From: Acidobacteriota bacterium
Lineage (GTDB): Bacteria; Acidobacteriota; UBA890; WLXD01
Assembly (NCBI GenBank): GCA_965205505.1
Contig: CBDBHB010000009.1
Span: forward strand, 480,001 to 544,000
Length of the DNA stretch: 64,000 bases
Direction: 5' to 3'
Below are positions 62,657-64,000 of the stretch, piece after piece; the stretch's first letter is position 1; the number at the start of each line of letters is the position of its first letter. Under the pieces are notes generated by a model. The model was not told the origin of the DNA and did not search any database. It saw only the letters and a program-made list of their open reading frames with translations. Position numbers and translations under genes: made by a program.

Positions 62657-63043
62657 GTGGCCGGCCGATCTCACGACCATTTGACGCGGCGCGAGCGTCA
62701 GATCATGGACGTCGTCTTTCGAACGGGGAGCGCCACGGCCGCGGAGATCCACGCGGAGATGCCGGATCCGCCGAGCTACTCTGCCGTGCGCGCCGCCCTT
62801 CGGGTGCTCGAGCAGAAGGGGCACCTGCGCCACGAACGTCGCAGTCATCACTACGTGTTCTGGCCAACCGTCTCGCGGCGCTCGGCGCAGCAGGATGCGG
62901 CACGCCGGCTGCTGACGACGTTCTTCGAGGGTTCCGCGAGCGGTGCGGTGGCGGCGCTGCTCGAGTGTGCCGACGATCTCCCTGACGAGGAGATCGAGGA
63001 ACTGCGAAAGATGATCGCCGTGGCGCGGCGCGAGGGTCGCTGA
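62657..63043 (+). CDS. BlaI/MecI/CopY family repressor (start approximate)
   Basis: LTRRERQIMD, PSYSAVRAALRVLEQKG, TFFEGS. Confidence 0.9.
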   Translation: MAGRSHDHLTRRERQIMDVVFRTGSATAAEIHAEMPDPPSYSAVRAALRVLEQKGHLRHERRSHHYVFWPTVSRRSAQQDAARRLLTTFFEGSASGAVAALLECADDLPDEEIEELRKMIAVARREGR

Positions 63044-63044
63044 G

Positions 63045-64000
63045 ATGTTCCTGCTGGCCGATCTGACCGTCAAGGCAACGGTGGTGCTGGCTACCACTGC
63101 TGGTATCGTCTGGGCGATGCGTCGCAGCTCGTCCGGAGCCCGAGCTTTGGTCTGGAGCTGCGGGATCGTGGCGGTACTGGCGCTGCCGGTGGTGTCGGCG
63201 CTGGTTCCAGCCTGGCAGATTCCGCTGCTCCCGGCGTCGGCGATCGCGAGCCCGTCAGCCGGCCCACTGGCGGCAGTGCCGCCCGGGGAGGCATCGCGCT
63301 TGCAGAAGCCTCCCGAGCTGTTGAGGGCGACGCTACATGGTGCCGGCGAAGCGCTTCGGCCCGATACCCCATCGGAGCCCGCACGGCGCGCCGCACTGAT
63401 TGGCCTGCGTGCTACCGGCGTGGACGGAGCACCGCCAACCGAGGGTGAGCAGGCACATCGCGGAGAGCTCCTTCTGGTGGCGTGGGCCACCGGCGCCGTA
63501 CTGCTGCTTGGGCAGCTGCTTGCTGGGCTCGCTCGAGTCGCCTGGATCGATCGCCGGGCTTGCCCGGTGACCAACGGGCCACTCCACTCGCGTCTGCGCA
63601 GTGCGGCGCGGCGCCTCGGCATCCGGCAGCGCGTGATCTTGCTCGAGAGCGACGCGATCGCGGTACCGGTGACCTGGCAGCTATTCCATCCGCGTGTGCT
63701 CGTGCCGCGTGGAATGCAGAGCTGGTCCGCGGACTGTCAGACCGCTGTGCTGTTGCACGAGCTCGCGCACGTGCGTCGCCGCGACTACGGCACGCAGCTG
63801 GCCGCGCATCTTGCCGTCACGCTCTACTGGTTCAACCCCTTGGTCTGGCTGGCGCGCCGCGGCCTGTACAGCGAGCGCGAGCACGCCTGCGACGACGCCG
63901 TGCTACACGCCGGTGTCAGACCGTCGACGTACGCCGCCCATCTTGTCGAGGTGGCGCGGTCGGTGCGACAGGACCCGCAGCCGAGCGTCGCCATCGCGCT
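63045..64000 (+). CDS. M56 family metallopeptidase (BlaR1-like), partial, runs off the right edge
   Basis: ATG 63045, TM segments, in-frame LLHELAHVRRRD, YWFNPLVW, EREHACDD. Confidence 0.9.
   Translation, partial: MFLLADLTVKATVVLATTAGIVWAMRRSSSGARALVWSCGIVAVLALPVVSALVPAWQIPLLPASAIASPSAGPLAAVPPGEASRLQKPPELLRATLHGAGEALRPDTPSEPARRAALIGLRATGVDGAPPTEGEQAHRGELLLVAWATGAVLLLGQLLAGLARVAWIDRRACPVTNGPLHSRLRSAARRLGIRQRVILLESDAIAVPVTWQLFHPRVLVPRGMQSWSADCQTAVLLHELAHVRRRDYGTQLAAHLAVTLYWFNPLVWLARRGLYSEREHACDDAVLHAGVRPSTYAAHLVEVARSVRQDPQPSVAIA

Overview
GC-rich bacterial DNA, most likely Acidobacteriota or a related lineage. This is inferred from three PadR plus duplicated-orphan-permease (ADOP) modules, an acidobacterial-type VWA protein and many secreted hydrolases. 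The left third is a decayed accessory region. It has ettA followed by the 3' half of tRNA-Leu(CAA) and a truncated tyrosine integrase, an IS3/IS407-type element, and tandem PQQ/cytochrome-c dehydrogenase paralogs. It also has a frameshifted IS1111-type (IS110 family) element inserted exactly into the terminus of a CTAG-flanked MITE, and its 3' non-coding region shows a bridge-RNA-like loop whose guide matches that target. The middle holds transporters, hydrolases, rpmB and PadR-ADOP pairs with palindromic operators. The strongest candidate for an undescribed system is 48.5-60.2 kb. An HpnG-like nucleosidase and a haloarchaeal/Chloroflexota-type mevalonate operon (IDI2, class I HMGR, MVK, PMD-like decarboxylase, IPK, squalene synthase) converge on a three-gene MMPL / binding protein / TPR-lipoprotein operon arranged like the BstABC sterol transporter. 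No cyclase is in the window, so the lipid product is unknown. All calls come from motif recognition by eye, and no searches were run.
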